This document shows positions 27,421 through 38,536 of a stretch of 64,000 bases of DNA, one piece after another (the stretch's first letter is position 1; each line of letters opens with the position of its first letter). Under the pieces are notes generated by a model. It had not been told where the DNA came from. It saw nothing but the letters and a program-made list of their open reading frames with translations, and made no database searches. This DNA is from the human T2T-CHM13v2.0 reference genome, Homo sapiens. Location of the stretch: assembly GCF_009914755.1 (NCBI RefSeq), contig NC_060927.1; one strand, 5' to 3'. The position numbers were made by a program, and so were the translations under genes.

Positions 27421-28848
27421 TATCCCAAATTAAGATGTGGTGTCAGTTGCTGCTTATCATTGTTTTCGCATTGTAGTTTTTCTTACAGTAAAAATAAAAG
27501 CAGAATATTTTTTGCGTCTGTTTCTCTATCAAAGAGTGAAAATAAGAAAATGTAGTCAAAAAGACCACACACTTCAAGAAAATACAGGAAAAGAATATGT
27601 TCTCTTATGCCCCATAACAAATTTTCCTGTGTACAGGCAAAGCATGTCATGAAAACCTTCTTGCCAGCTTCATTCATTTTTATGACCTGCTTACCTCCTA
27701 TAGGCAATAGTGCTTGTACATCTAGATCTAGCTCTATCCCTTTATGTTACCAATGATCATTCAGAAGGAGAAGAAGGTTTTAAATCCCTCAGACTACCTG
27801 TGAAGTCTGGACAAGAACCTAGTTCCTCACATCTATAATAGTACAGTGTTCTTTTTATTTTACCATGAATGGTTAATAGTGGAAACTCTGTGTTTTCTCT
27901 TCCCTGGAGATTGTACTAATCTACTCTTGTTATTTTTTGGTTTTTTGTTTTTCTTTTTGTCTTCATTTGCTCTGTCATACTGACGTGAATGGCAGGTTGT
28001 CAATTAACCCTCTTCCCAGATTGTATTAAAATCTGAGTATAAAAGCTACAGCCAGATCCGTATCTCTTCCATTATAGATACCAGACATCTAACAACACCC
28101 AAGTGAGGGTTTTCTTTATAATTTTTCCTACACAGCTGATTGTCAGCCTAACTTAGTGCCTGGTAGATAAAACGGAGAATTAAACTTGCCTTTTAGGCCA
28201 GGAAATTATTCTGTTCTAACATTATTGCTCATATTAAAACCCTGTGCCATTAAAGCTGTCTCTATTAAATGAATATGTGCTGGGTGCGTTGTTTATTCAA
28301 TTTAATTGTAGGGAAAAAAAAAACTCATACGAGGGAAATGGTTTTTTGAACTGGTTTTTACCAGTCACAAGCCATGTGAATGAGTGTCCAATTAAATAGT
28401 GGCTCACTAGGACTTGTGTAATAGTAACATCTGTTACCTTAATTAAACAAGTTACTATATAAAGGCACTTTCATAGCTCACTTTGTTAGAGTAGGTTCTG
28501 ACCTAGAAACTCTAGGAAGGTTTGTTCTCTTTGTGGGATTTTGTTGGCGGTAGCGTTCCCAGTTGGCCCCATTAAACTATAGACCTGACAAGCTCTGTGA
28601 TCTACAAACCTACAATACGTTCAAGCCTACAGAGCCTAGAGGAAGGAGGGAACTGAAGTTTGTGATGCAAAGTGGAACAAATAAAATAGTAAAAGTGCTG
28701 GGTAGGAGTGCTTCGTACTCATTTTGATGAACTTGGGTGTTGTGACTGAGAGGCAAGTGGTGGTGGTAACAGAGAAAGGAGAGTGAACAAGTATTTATTG
28801 ACCCTCCATTGCATGTTAGGCTCGCAGGAAAATCTGTATCTGCAGGCA

Positions 28849-29201
28849 TAGGTCTACAATCCTGTATCCATATCTTTGAAATCCAAAAAGCTCTGAAAAC
28901 AAAAAAATATTTTTCTGTCTTTTTTCTTCTCTTGTTAATCTATTTGTTTATTTCTGGCAGGTTTGGAGCAAACTCATTTGGTGGCAAAACCAAACTGAGG
29001 CTATTGATAGACTTTGTCTTTATTTACCCCATGTTGAATCACAGAAATAATAATATATTGGGTTGTGAGATACTACATACACCAGACTTTTCTTGGGATG
29101 TTATATAAAATAAATATACTATGGTGTTTTTTAATATTCAAAATCCTGAATGCCAAAACACAACTTTCCCTGAGAGTTTTTGATAAGGGGTTATGTATTA
29201 G
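28849..29201. mobile_element. MER46C (TcMar-Tigger)
   Basis: 'aggtctacaatcctgtatcc...gaaatccaaaaagctctgaaaac', 'aaactcatttggtggcaaaacc' and 'tttgataagggg'. Confidence 0.8.
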
Positions 29202-29264
29202 ACCATTTTTAAAAAGGTAAAATAAACTAAGGCTCAGTGATATTGTTTTGCTCAAAAATAGACA

Positions 29265-29570
29265 ACTAATCAGCCCTTCCAGTGACTTCCCATTCACTTC
29301 AAATAGTCTCTGCTTGCCATATCCTGCAGTGTCCTACATAGCCAGGCCCCTACTTATCTCTCTGACCATATCTGCTGCTAGCTAGCTCTTTCTCTTAGCT
29401 ACAATCACACCGGCTTTGCAGATCCTCAGTGACATCTAGCTCTTTTTTGCCTCAGGGCCTTTACACTTGCTTTTCCCACTAACTGAAACACTTTCTTCCC
29501 TGATCTTTAATGAACAGCTCCTTCTTGTCCCATATCTCAGCTGAAATGTTGTCTTTGCAGAGAGACCTCA
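29265..29570 (+). mobile_element. L2a fragment
   Basis: 'cttccagtgacttcccattcactt', 'gcctcagggcctttacacttgct' and 'tctcagctgaaatgt'. Confidence 0.7.
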
Positions 29571-29689
29571 AGCACATTCAAAAAAGACCTTGCTCCTGTC
29601 ATGCCAACCAAAAAGAGTGTGATGGAAAGTTAGCTGAATTCCTACTGGATTCATAGATGAAATAATATCAGAAAGAATACAGATATTAT

Positions 29690-30163
29690 GAAGTTTGTTT
29701 TTTCTGCCTAACGTCTAGTACTTCTTTGTCTGAAAGAAGCTCCCTAGCGATGCTTTCAGGAAGGGCCTTTTCCCATTATTTGCACCCTTCCTTGCTTTTT
29801 TCAGTGCCAAGTGCTCTGCTGTTCTCTACCCAGTGGACCGGGTTATGGGAAGGCACAGGCTAAGCCAATCAGACCCTCTCCTTCTTTCAAGAATCAGAAT
29901 TTTCCTATGGGCAGGACACAGAGCAGAGACATTGGGTGGCAGCTCCCTGGGGATATTGCTCCTTAAATTCTACTCTCTAGACCCCCAGAGCTACTACTGG
30001 TTGCTGTCCTTTCCAAGCCCTATTTGTTCTGCTTTTTCTCCAGTTTGTGAGTTACCCCATATCTTTTCAATAAGTTCCCCATTTTGCATAATTTAACTTT
30101 GCTTTTTTGAAACAGACTTTGGTCTATTTTAGTTACTTACAATACCCAAACCCTAACTGATAT
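29690..30163 (+). mobile_element. Ancient MaLR LTR (MLT1L/M-like)
   Basis: 'aagccaatcaga', 'tcaataagttcccc' and terminal 'ccctaactgatata'. Confidence 0.55.
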
Positions 30164-31512
30164 AGGCAAACAGATAGAACATCTTTAATTTGTATGTTTT
30201 TCTCTAAATCTAACTTAGAAAAGTAACTCTTTAATGGCATTTGGGTGTTCATCTTAGTGGTTAAAAATAATTATATCTTATCCCATTTGAATAAAACAAC
30301 TTAAGAAGTTGAATATCTACAATTTGAGGAAGGGGAGCAATTTGAAACATTTTGCTTCGCAAAGATGTTTGCGTCCAGCTTAACTGCTTACCCACCTGAT
30401 TAAGTACCTTATCCATGACTAATGGAGTTGTCGAACATGTGGACTTGCAGAGACTCATGGAATTAAAATGGATGTATCCCCTCCAGAGAGCCCTGTTTCC
30501 TCGAAGGGTAGCTAGCACTGGAGTGGGATGCTGTGTATTCCCACAGGCATGTGCTGACGTGGGAGTTGCTGAAATTTGGAGGCTGAAACATTTTGGCTGC
30601 CTTTGTGCAAACTCAGGTTGTCTGGCATCTGCATCCTCCCAGAATGAGTCATTGTATGTCCATGCTTCATTGATTCTTGCTGAAGGAGATTTGGACAATG
30701 GGCCTGAACCTGCCAAATGAGTTTGGGAAGCCCCAAACACATCGGTAGCTTGTTATATAAGCATCTTGTGCTCAGCAGTTAGGCCTGCCACTGTCTGTGA
30801 TGAGTAGCAGGTCCCTGTCATAGTGACATCCAGATGAGGTTATTTGCTTACCTCTGTGCATGACATGTGAGCCCAAAGATGCTGGACTAGGTCCTCTTCC
30901 AGCAAAATGGTGCGCATTGCCCAGATGGTCTTGCATAAGCTGAGAAAGAATAGAGAAGGCAACGTGTGGCCACTCACCTAGACTCTCATTTGAGCTCCCT
31001 TGTCAGTGCTTTATGAATGTGGAGGATGAAAAGATATCCCAGCATTCTTTGATGAATTGGTTTTAACTCTATATGGAGACCTTCCTGAATCCCAAGATAA
31101 TCTAATCTCTATTTCCACAGCCCATGAACTTATCCTTATAACATCTGAAGTTCAAATTATTTATTTAGAATTTGTGTCCTATACTAGACCTTACATTTCA
31201 TGACAACACGAGTTGCCTATCTTGATCATTGTCATATCTTATGCACTTAGCATAGTACTTGACACATAATGGACATTAAATACATATATGATGAATGAAT
31301 TCACTAGCTGTATCACTTTGGGCAGGTTACTTAATCTCTCGAAACCTAATTCCCCATCTGTTCAATGGTGATAATAATGGTAACCATCTTAGAAAGGGTT
31401 ATATGAGGTAACCCACGAGAAGCTTAGAATTGTGTCTTTTGTTGTTATCATTGATAATAAATAACGAACAATGAATCTTCCCTCTACTTTCAAAAAGGGA
31501 AGTCATATAGAC

Positions 31513-31859
31513 CAGTGGTCCCCTTTTTGGCACCAGGAACTGGTTTCGTGGAAGACAATTTTTCCACAGATGGCGGGTGGGGTGGGAGGTGGTTTTGGGA
31601 TAAAAGTGTTCCATCTCAGATTATCAGGCATTAGATTCTCATAAGGGGCATGCAACCTCTAGATCCCTCAAATGCACAGTTCACAATAGGGTTCAGGTCC
31701 TGTCCTGTGAGAATCTAATGCTGCTGCTCATCTGACAGAAGGCGGAGCACAGACTGTGATGCTTGCTCACAGGCTCTCACCTCCTGCTGTGCCACCTGGT
31801 TCCTAACAGGCCATGGACCAGTACCAGTCTGTCTGCAGCCTGGGGGTTGGGGACCCCTG
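31513..31859. mobile_element. MER1B (hAT-Charlie)
   Basis: 'tttttggcaccaggaactggtttcgtggaagacaatttttccac', 'ggcattagattctcataagg', end 'ggttggggacccctg'; degenerate 8-bp TSD atatagac / ttctagac. Confidence 0.92.
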
Positions 31860-33189
31860 TTCTAGACTACTGTGTAAATTTAGTTCGTGCATAATTCGTC
31901 TAAACTTATTGGTAATACATAGATATTTACTGTCTTCTCCATGACTCCAAGAAGTGTTTTAACTTTACAGATGAAAAGGTCCTACAAGGAAGGTTTCAGT
32001 CGTTCATATGTGTATATCAGAAAAACAAAGGTGGCTCATCTCTCCACAGTAGTTTCACTGGTGATATTTTCATTGCAAATTCCTTTTTACAGGTGTCAAA
32101 AATCATAGTATGTGGGAATGTCTGCCTCTAGTGACCTTCAATGCACTATTAAAAAAAGAAGTTTTGTTTTGGATTGCCAGGATTTTAACCTTCAAACTAG
32201 CCTGTGTGTCATGGATCCCTGCACTAGAAGGCTTTTAGAAAAACAGATAAACTAAAAGGAAGCTTTACAGACTGAACATCAGCTACAGGAAGACCTAGGT
32301 GATTCCCAACTCTATACCCAGGTGCCAGGAAGGTTCTAAAAGTCAGTAAACACAGAGAGGCCATTCTACTACCCCTGGCCTGAGGCCCCAAATTCTGGTG
32401 AAAAGTTCTGCTGCCCTTGTAGTATGGAGCTTTTTAAAGCAAAGGCAGAAATACTTAGAAAAAGAAAGAGGATGAGCATAAGATCTACCTTCTCCCAAAG
32501 CAGCCTTATCGAAAGCCTTAGTGAGATGGTTTCTAGGATATAGTTGGAACCTGTCTGGACTCACAGCTCCCTATGTATGTTGAACTCTTAGTCCAAGACT
32601 CTCTTGGATCTTGAGGTAACTACAGTACCATAAAAAGGACTAGATTTGGGGAATGGCATCAGAGCCAGAGCTTTGCCATCTATGTAGTCTTGAGCAAGTC
32701 ACTTAATTTATTGTACTTAAAATGGACTTAATAAGAAACACCTGCAATGTTCTGCTCAGATTTCATTAGATGGGAAAGTGCTTTTTATATGGCTCTAACC
32801 TCTAACCACTGTAGAGTTTTTGTTACATGCATTTTTAGGTCTATGTGCATTTTTTCAAAATGAAATTATATAATACCTTATTGTTTTATTATTTGACTCT
32901 TTGATTGACAGTATATAGTAGATACCATTCCCTACTGAAGAATATAACATTTTCATTCTATGTTTTTATTTTTTATGGCGCAATCATATGGCATTGTATG
33001 ACTTTGTCAATTCACTACAAATATTTATTACTTAATTTTGAACAGTTCAGTTTCTTCTTTAGAACTGCTGTTTAATCTACTACAGTTCACATCAATTGCA
33101 TCAAATCTCTAGTATTCTAATTAGAATGCAATACCAACTATGGGAATTACCAAGCAGCTGTATTTTGGGCATCTTCACCAACATGGTTA

Positions 33190-33435
33190 TAGCAACAGCG
33201 AGGATTTGTTGAGTGAGTGCCTAATATGTGCTAGGTATTTTACATATACTGTACCTTGTATAAATCTCCCCCAAACTCTCCAGCTCATTGTCATTCTGCT
33301 CATTTTGCACTTGAAGGAACTAAAGCTCATCAACATCAACTAACTTAATCGTAGACATAGAGATGACTAAGTGACAAAACTGGAATTCATCTGTAGGTTA
33401 TTTGACTTCAAAACGACATAAACTGTGTCCACTAT
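33190..33435 (-). mobile_element. MIR
   Basis: 'ttgagtgagtgcctaatatgtgctagg', 'ctcattttgcacttgaaggaactaaagctc'. Confidence 0.6.
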
Positions 33436-33639
33436 ATGAAGCATCTTGCTTGATCTCAAACTCAGCACATTTGGATTTGATCTCAATGTCTTGCCCTTGT
33501 CTCAAACATGTCTCCACCGTGTGCCACCATTTTATGAATGGTGCCATCATCTACCAAGCTCCCCTAACTGGTAGCCTTTCCTTCCAACTGCCCTGAGATG
33601 ACCTTTGTGAATGTTAATTCCCCCCAGATTGTTAATTCT

Positions 33640-34003
33640 AATGACCAGCTTCCATTCTTCAATTTCTCAGCACCATTTGACACAGGCGGTAGATCGCTCC
33701 TCCCTCTGAAATCCTTGTTTCACTTGGCATCCAGGACCGCATAGGCCCCTGGTTTTTTTTTTTTCTAGTCCATCCAGGCCACTTCTTCTCCATTTGTCTA
33801 TTGGGTCCTCCTCCATTCTACAACTTCTAAACTGACCCGGGGCACAGTTTTTGGGCCTTTTTTGTATATGTCCCTTCTTCCTTGGTGTCTTCCTCTAGTC
33901 TATAGCCTTCCAACTTACCTAAACACTGGAGAAGTCATTTATATTTCCAGCCTGAAATTCTCCCAGAATTTGAGTATATTGAATGATATATTCAACACCT
34001 ACC
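33640..34003 (+). mobile_element. L2 fragment
   Basis: 'ctcagcaccatttgacaca', 'cacttggcatccaggac' and 'tatatttccagcctga...atatattcaacacctacct'. Confidence 0.65.
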
Positions 34004-34153
34004 TAGGTCTTTGCAATCTATCCTAGGCAAAAATGTCCTGACTCCAACATATAAATTGTCTTCCCCCTTAGTGAAAGGAGAGGAAAGCAGTGAAGCTTTG
34101 CTGGGCCTATTGATTTGGATGACACGTGTTCTCTGAATCACCTAGAGGGATTC
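34004..34153 (+). repeat. Left arm of a ~150-bp imperfect inverted repeat
   Basis: Manual alignment to the reverse complement of 34848-34998 gives 117/151 identities. Confidence 0.9.
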
Positions 34154-34847
34154 ATTGATTAATTGAGTCATTAATGCACCGATTCATTCATTCAAATATT
34201 ATTTAGTGACTACATCATTTGCCAAGTACCATGCTAAGAATCTAGATAAAATGTTTAGGGCCAATTATCTAGGAAATAAGTTTTCTAAATTAAGTCAATT
34301 CTTAGGAATCACCTTTTGGTTTTCATACTAAACAGGGAATGGAGTATTTCTGAATCATTAATTCCCAAATCAACTTTTCTAAAATATGCATAATCGTTTC
34401 CAAAATGGAGATTTATTTAGATGTCACACAAGATAATTGCAGCTTTGTAAACCTAACCTAAGGGAAATTGAGTTTTCATTCAGAAACCTTATCTTGATTG
34501 CCTAGACATCACCCAGCATCCTCTGACGCCTCTGCTTGATGTCCTTATGTCAGCCTGTCCTCAGGAGAGAAAGAGGAAACTTCACCAAAATGAACAAGGT
34601 CTTTCACCTTCTCCCTTTAGGTTTTAGGAAGAAGCTGTTTATGAAAGTTGTCCTCCAGTGCCCATTGGGAACTTGCAAAAGATCAGTTACTACCGATGGA
34701 CAGTATGTCTGGTCTTTCTCTCTTTTTCCACATATTAAATTGTCATTGTGTCAAATGTCTTGCCATCAAATACGGTGCTGCAAAGAAATTGCAATTATAT
34801 TTATCAGTTTTTTTTCTCTGACCTTTGAATTTCATTCAGTCCACAGA

Positions 34848-34998
34848 GAATCCTTCTCGGTGGTTCAGAGAACATGTGTCATCCAAATCAATAGAGCCAA
34901 CAATCTCTGATTTTTCTCTCCCCCTTTCACTGAGGGGGAGGGCAGTTCATATATTGAAGTCAGAACCTTTTAAGCCTGGAATGGATAGCAAAGACCTA
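34848..34998 (-). repeat. Right arm of a ~150-bp imperfect inverted repeat
   Basis: ggtggttcagagaacatgtgtcatccaaatcaatag is the reverse complement, with 2 transitions, of ctattgatttggatgacacgtgttctctgaatcacc at 34107-34142. Confidence 0.9.
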
Positions 34999-35669
34999 CA
35001 GCTTTAGTGCATGTAATCTTGCAATGCAATAACCTGGTAGTCACGCAATCTGGACCTAGTAACAGGTTACCACAATTCCATATGGAGTTTTCTAGTGTTT
35101 TCATCCTGTCTGCCTAGTATTAATTTTGAGTTTCTGTCTCTGGAAAATTTTGTTTAGATTTTAAAATCTTGGTTTTTGTTCTCTAATCATTTTCTCTCAC
35201 TATAAGATTCTGACTGTCAGAATTAAATATGTTATAAAACTAATGTTTAACCGTAGTCTCATTCCCTACGCCCTGCCCCCTGCCCCGCACCACCCCAATC
35301 ACCTAGAATATTTTGAAGGAAGAAATGGGTGGTGGATAATAGCAGCCAGGTTATCTGGCAGCGCAACCTCATTTTAATATTAGCTAAAGCAGAAATAGTC
35401 AAGAGGGCAAGTCTGCCATGAAAAGTCTTATGAAACATTACAAAGTTAAATGGACCACTAAAAAACGGTAGACAGAAGAGACAGCCAGGTGCTCACCAAA
35501 ATCTTACAGTTGAACTTTAAAAGTCATATATAATGAGCAAGATTAGATGCAAAATCAGCCATAAAAATAAACTATTTCCCAAGACTCAAGGCTAAAGTGC
35601 ACCTAAATCTTATTTATTAGCATGACTGAACTAGCAGCACAGTAAATCGTAATTGCATGTGTCAGTCAC

Positions 35670-36100
35670 GTGGTGTTTATTAGGCCTTTTCTGATTTTGA
35701 GTGACAAAATACACACAAACTCATCTCTTCTATCCACCATGTTGACTCTGTTCTCAGACAGGTGTCATCCTCATTACCACAAAATGGCTGCAGCAGCTCT
35801 AGACATTAAATATTCAGATATTCAATTCCAGAAGGACAGAGTGAGAATCATTTTCCAGAAAGTCCCAGGAAAAGTCTCATTGTAGCTTACTGACTCTGAT
35901 TGAGTCGTATAATTATCCCTAACTAATCACTATAGCCAGAAGACATGAAATGCTGGGATTAATTTAAGCCTGGGCCCTGTGCTTCATGCCAACATTTAGT
36001 AGTGGAGCCTACTAATATCTCATGGCAGAGGCTGAAAGAGGGATAGGTTTTTAAGTGGCTATTATTGGATATAGTGCTAATGGACGCTGGACACAACTGT
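35670..36100 (-). mobile_element. Ancient MaLR/ERVL LTR (MLT1K-like)
   Basis: 'caaaatggctgcagcagctctagac' and 'ccctaactaatcactatagccag'. Confidence 0.55.
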
Positions 36101-36114
36101 TTGAACAAGAAGGA

Positions 36115-36792
36115 ATGGTCAAAAGTGACAGATATTGTGAAGAAATTGGAACCCTTTTGCACAGCTAGTGGGGATGTAAAATGATTCAGCATCAACATCA
36201 TGACATGTCCTCAAAAAAATTAAAAGTAGAATTACCATATGATTGAACAATTCCACTTGTAGAGATTACTCCAGAATTAAAAGCAAGGACTCAGCTAGAT
36301 ATTTGTACATCCATGTTCATTGCAGCATTATGCATAATAATCAAAAAGTGGAAACAGCCCAAATGTCTATTGATAGAAGAATAAATAAACAAACTGGGGT
36401 ATACAGTGGAATATTTTCCAGCCTTAACTAGGAATGAAATTCTAACACATGCTGCCATATGGATGAACCTTGAAAACATCATGTTAAATGAAATAAACTG
36501 GACACAAAAGGACAAATATTGCATAATTGCACTTATATGAAGTACCTAGAATAGGCAAATGGATAGAGACAGAAAGTAGGATAATGGTTACAAGGTGATG
36601 GGAAGGGGGTAATGGGAAGTCATTGTTTAGATGGGTAAAGAGTTTGCTAGAGATGATGAAAAAGTTCTGAAGATGGATGGTGGTGACAGTTGCACAACAG
36701 TGTGACTGTACTTAATGCCACTGAATTCAACACTTAAAAATAATTAAAATGGCATTTTTTATGTTATATATATATTTTACCACAGTAAAAAA
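36115..36792 (+). mobile_element. L1MB 3' end
   Basis: 'gaaattggaaccctt', 'catggatgaaccttgaaaacat'-like motif, 'cacaaaaggacaaatattg' and 'tacttaatgccactgaatt...tttatgttatatatattttaccac'. Confidence 0.88.
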
Positions 36793-36924
36793 GATATAAA
36801 AAATGGAAAATAGGCAAAGACAAAAATCAAAGGGGCAATATATACTCCCATCTAAGTTAATAAATGATGGGAATGTTACTTCTTTTTTATTTTTAATAGG
36901 TAAATGATGCTAATTTTATTTCTT

Positions 36925-37755
36925 ATTTTTAATTATTTAATTGATAAAAATTAAATATTCAAGGTGTACAACATGACTTGTGTATATATTATATAATGAT
37001 TACCACAATCAAATTAATTAATGCATCCATCACCAGATTGTACATTAGACCCCCGGAATTGTTCATCTTATAACTGCAATTTTATACTCTTTAACCAACA
37101 TCTTCCTATTTATTTCCCCTACCTCCAGAGCCCCTAGCAACCATGGCTCTACTTTCTGCTTCTACGAGCTCTACTTTTTTAGATTTCACATGTAAGTGAC
37201 ATTATACACTATTTGTCTTTCTGTGCCTGGTTTATTTCACTTAGCATAACATCCTCCAGGTTCATCCTTGTTGCTGCAATGGCAGGATTTCTTTCTTTTT
37301 AAGGCTGAGTAATAGTCCGCTGTACATATTTACTAGTTTCTTTATCCATTAATCCCGTGATGGACACTTGGGTTGTTTCTATATCTTGGCTATTGTGAAT
37401 AATGCTCTGATGAATATGGGAGTGCAGATAGCTCTTCAACATACTAATTTCATTTTCTTTGGATATATACGCAGAAGTGGGATTGCTGGATTATATGGTA
37501 GTTCTAATTTAAATTTTTTTTTGAACAACCGTACTATTTTCCACAATGGTTATACCAATTTACATTCCTATCAGCAGTGTACAAGTGTTGCCTTTTTTCC
37601 ACACCCTAGTCAATGCTTGTTGTCTCTTGTCTTTTTCATAGTAGTCATTCTTAGCGGTGTGAGAAGATATCTTATTGTGGTTTTGGTTTGCATTTCTCTG
37701 ATGATTAGTGATACTGAGCACCTTTTCATATGCCTTTGGCCATTTACATGTCTTC
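36925..37755 (-). mobile_element. L1MA (late) 3' end / ORF2 C-terminal remnant
   Basis: 'tattcaaggtgtacaacatga', 'tttatttcacttagcataa' and 'gattagtgatactgagcaccttttcata'. Confidence 0.85.
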
Positions 37756-38308
37756 TTTTTTTATTTCAACTTTATTTTGGATTCAGAGAGTACATGTTCA
37801 GGTTTGTAACATGGGTATATTGTGTGATGGTGAGGCTTGGACTACAGATGACCCCGTCACGCATGTAGTGAGCATAGCACCTAATAGGTAGTTTTTCAGC
37901 TCACATCCCCTCCCCACCTTCCCCACTCTAACAGTTCCCAGCATCTGTTTTTCTCATTCTATGTCCATGTGTACTCAATGTTTAGCTCCCACTAATAAGA
38001 ACATGTGGTGTTTTGTTTTCTATTTCTGTGTTAGTTTGCTTAGGATAATGGTCTCCCACTGCCTCTATATTGTGACAAAGGACACGATTTTGTTCTTTTA
38101 TATGGCCGCATAGTATTCCATGGTGTATATGTGTTGCATTTTCTCTATCCAGTACACCATCAGTGGGCACTCAGGTTGATTCCATGTCTTTGCTATTGTA
38201 AATAGTGCTGCGATGAACGTAAAGTGCATATGTCTTTTTGGTAGAACCATTTATTTTTCTTTGGGTATATATTCAGTAATGGGATTCCTGGGTTGACTGG
38301 TAGTTCTA
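37755..38308 (-). mobile_element. L1PA15/16-like 3' end
   Basis: 'caactttattttggattcagagagtacatg', 'gtagtgagcatagcacctaataggtagttttt' and 'gtactcaatgtttagctcccact'. Confidence 0.85.
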
Positions 38309-38366
38309 AGAGCCACTGTGACTGGCCTTTTGATGATATTTTGATTTGTCTAACGGATTTCTAATT

Positions 38367-38536
38367 TAGTATTTCTCTGATGGGAGGCTATTGCATTTTA
38401 AATGGATGTTTCCACATATTGCAAGACTGTAGCATCTCTAGGCCCAGGCATTCCTAGTCATTCTGACAAACAGAAAATCTCCATGCTTCCCAAACGTGCT
38501 GTAAGAAGCATTGTTGCCTCCAATTAAGAAACACTG
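38367..38536. mobile_element. MER117/MER20-like hAT-Charlie element
   Basis: 'catattgcaagactgtagcatc', 'agtcattctgacaa' and end 'ttaagaaacactg'. Confidence 0.55.

Noticed and set aside
30261-30742. Overlapping 159-, 101- and 76-aa ORFs in non-repeat DNA
   Set aside because: No recognisable domain, no contactin similarity and no convincing splice or promoter context; lengths are within chance expectation for 64 kb.
37368-37868. 166-aa ORF
   Set aside because: Antisense reading of decayed L1 sequence spanning two different L1 fragments.
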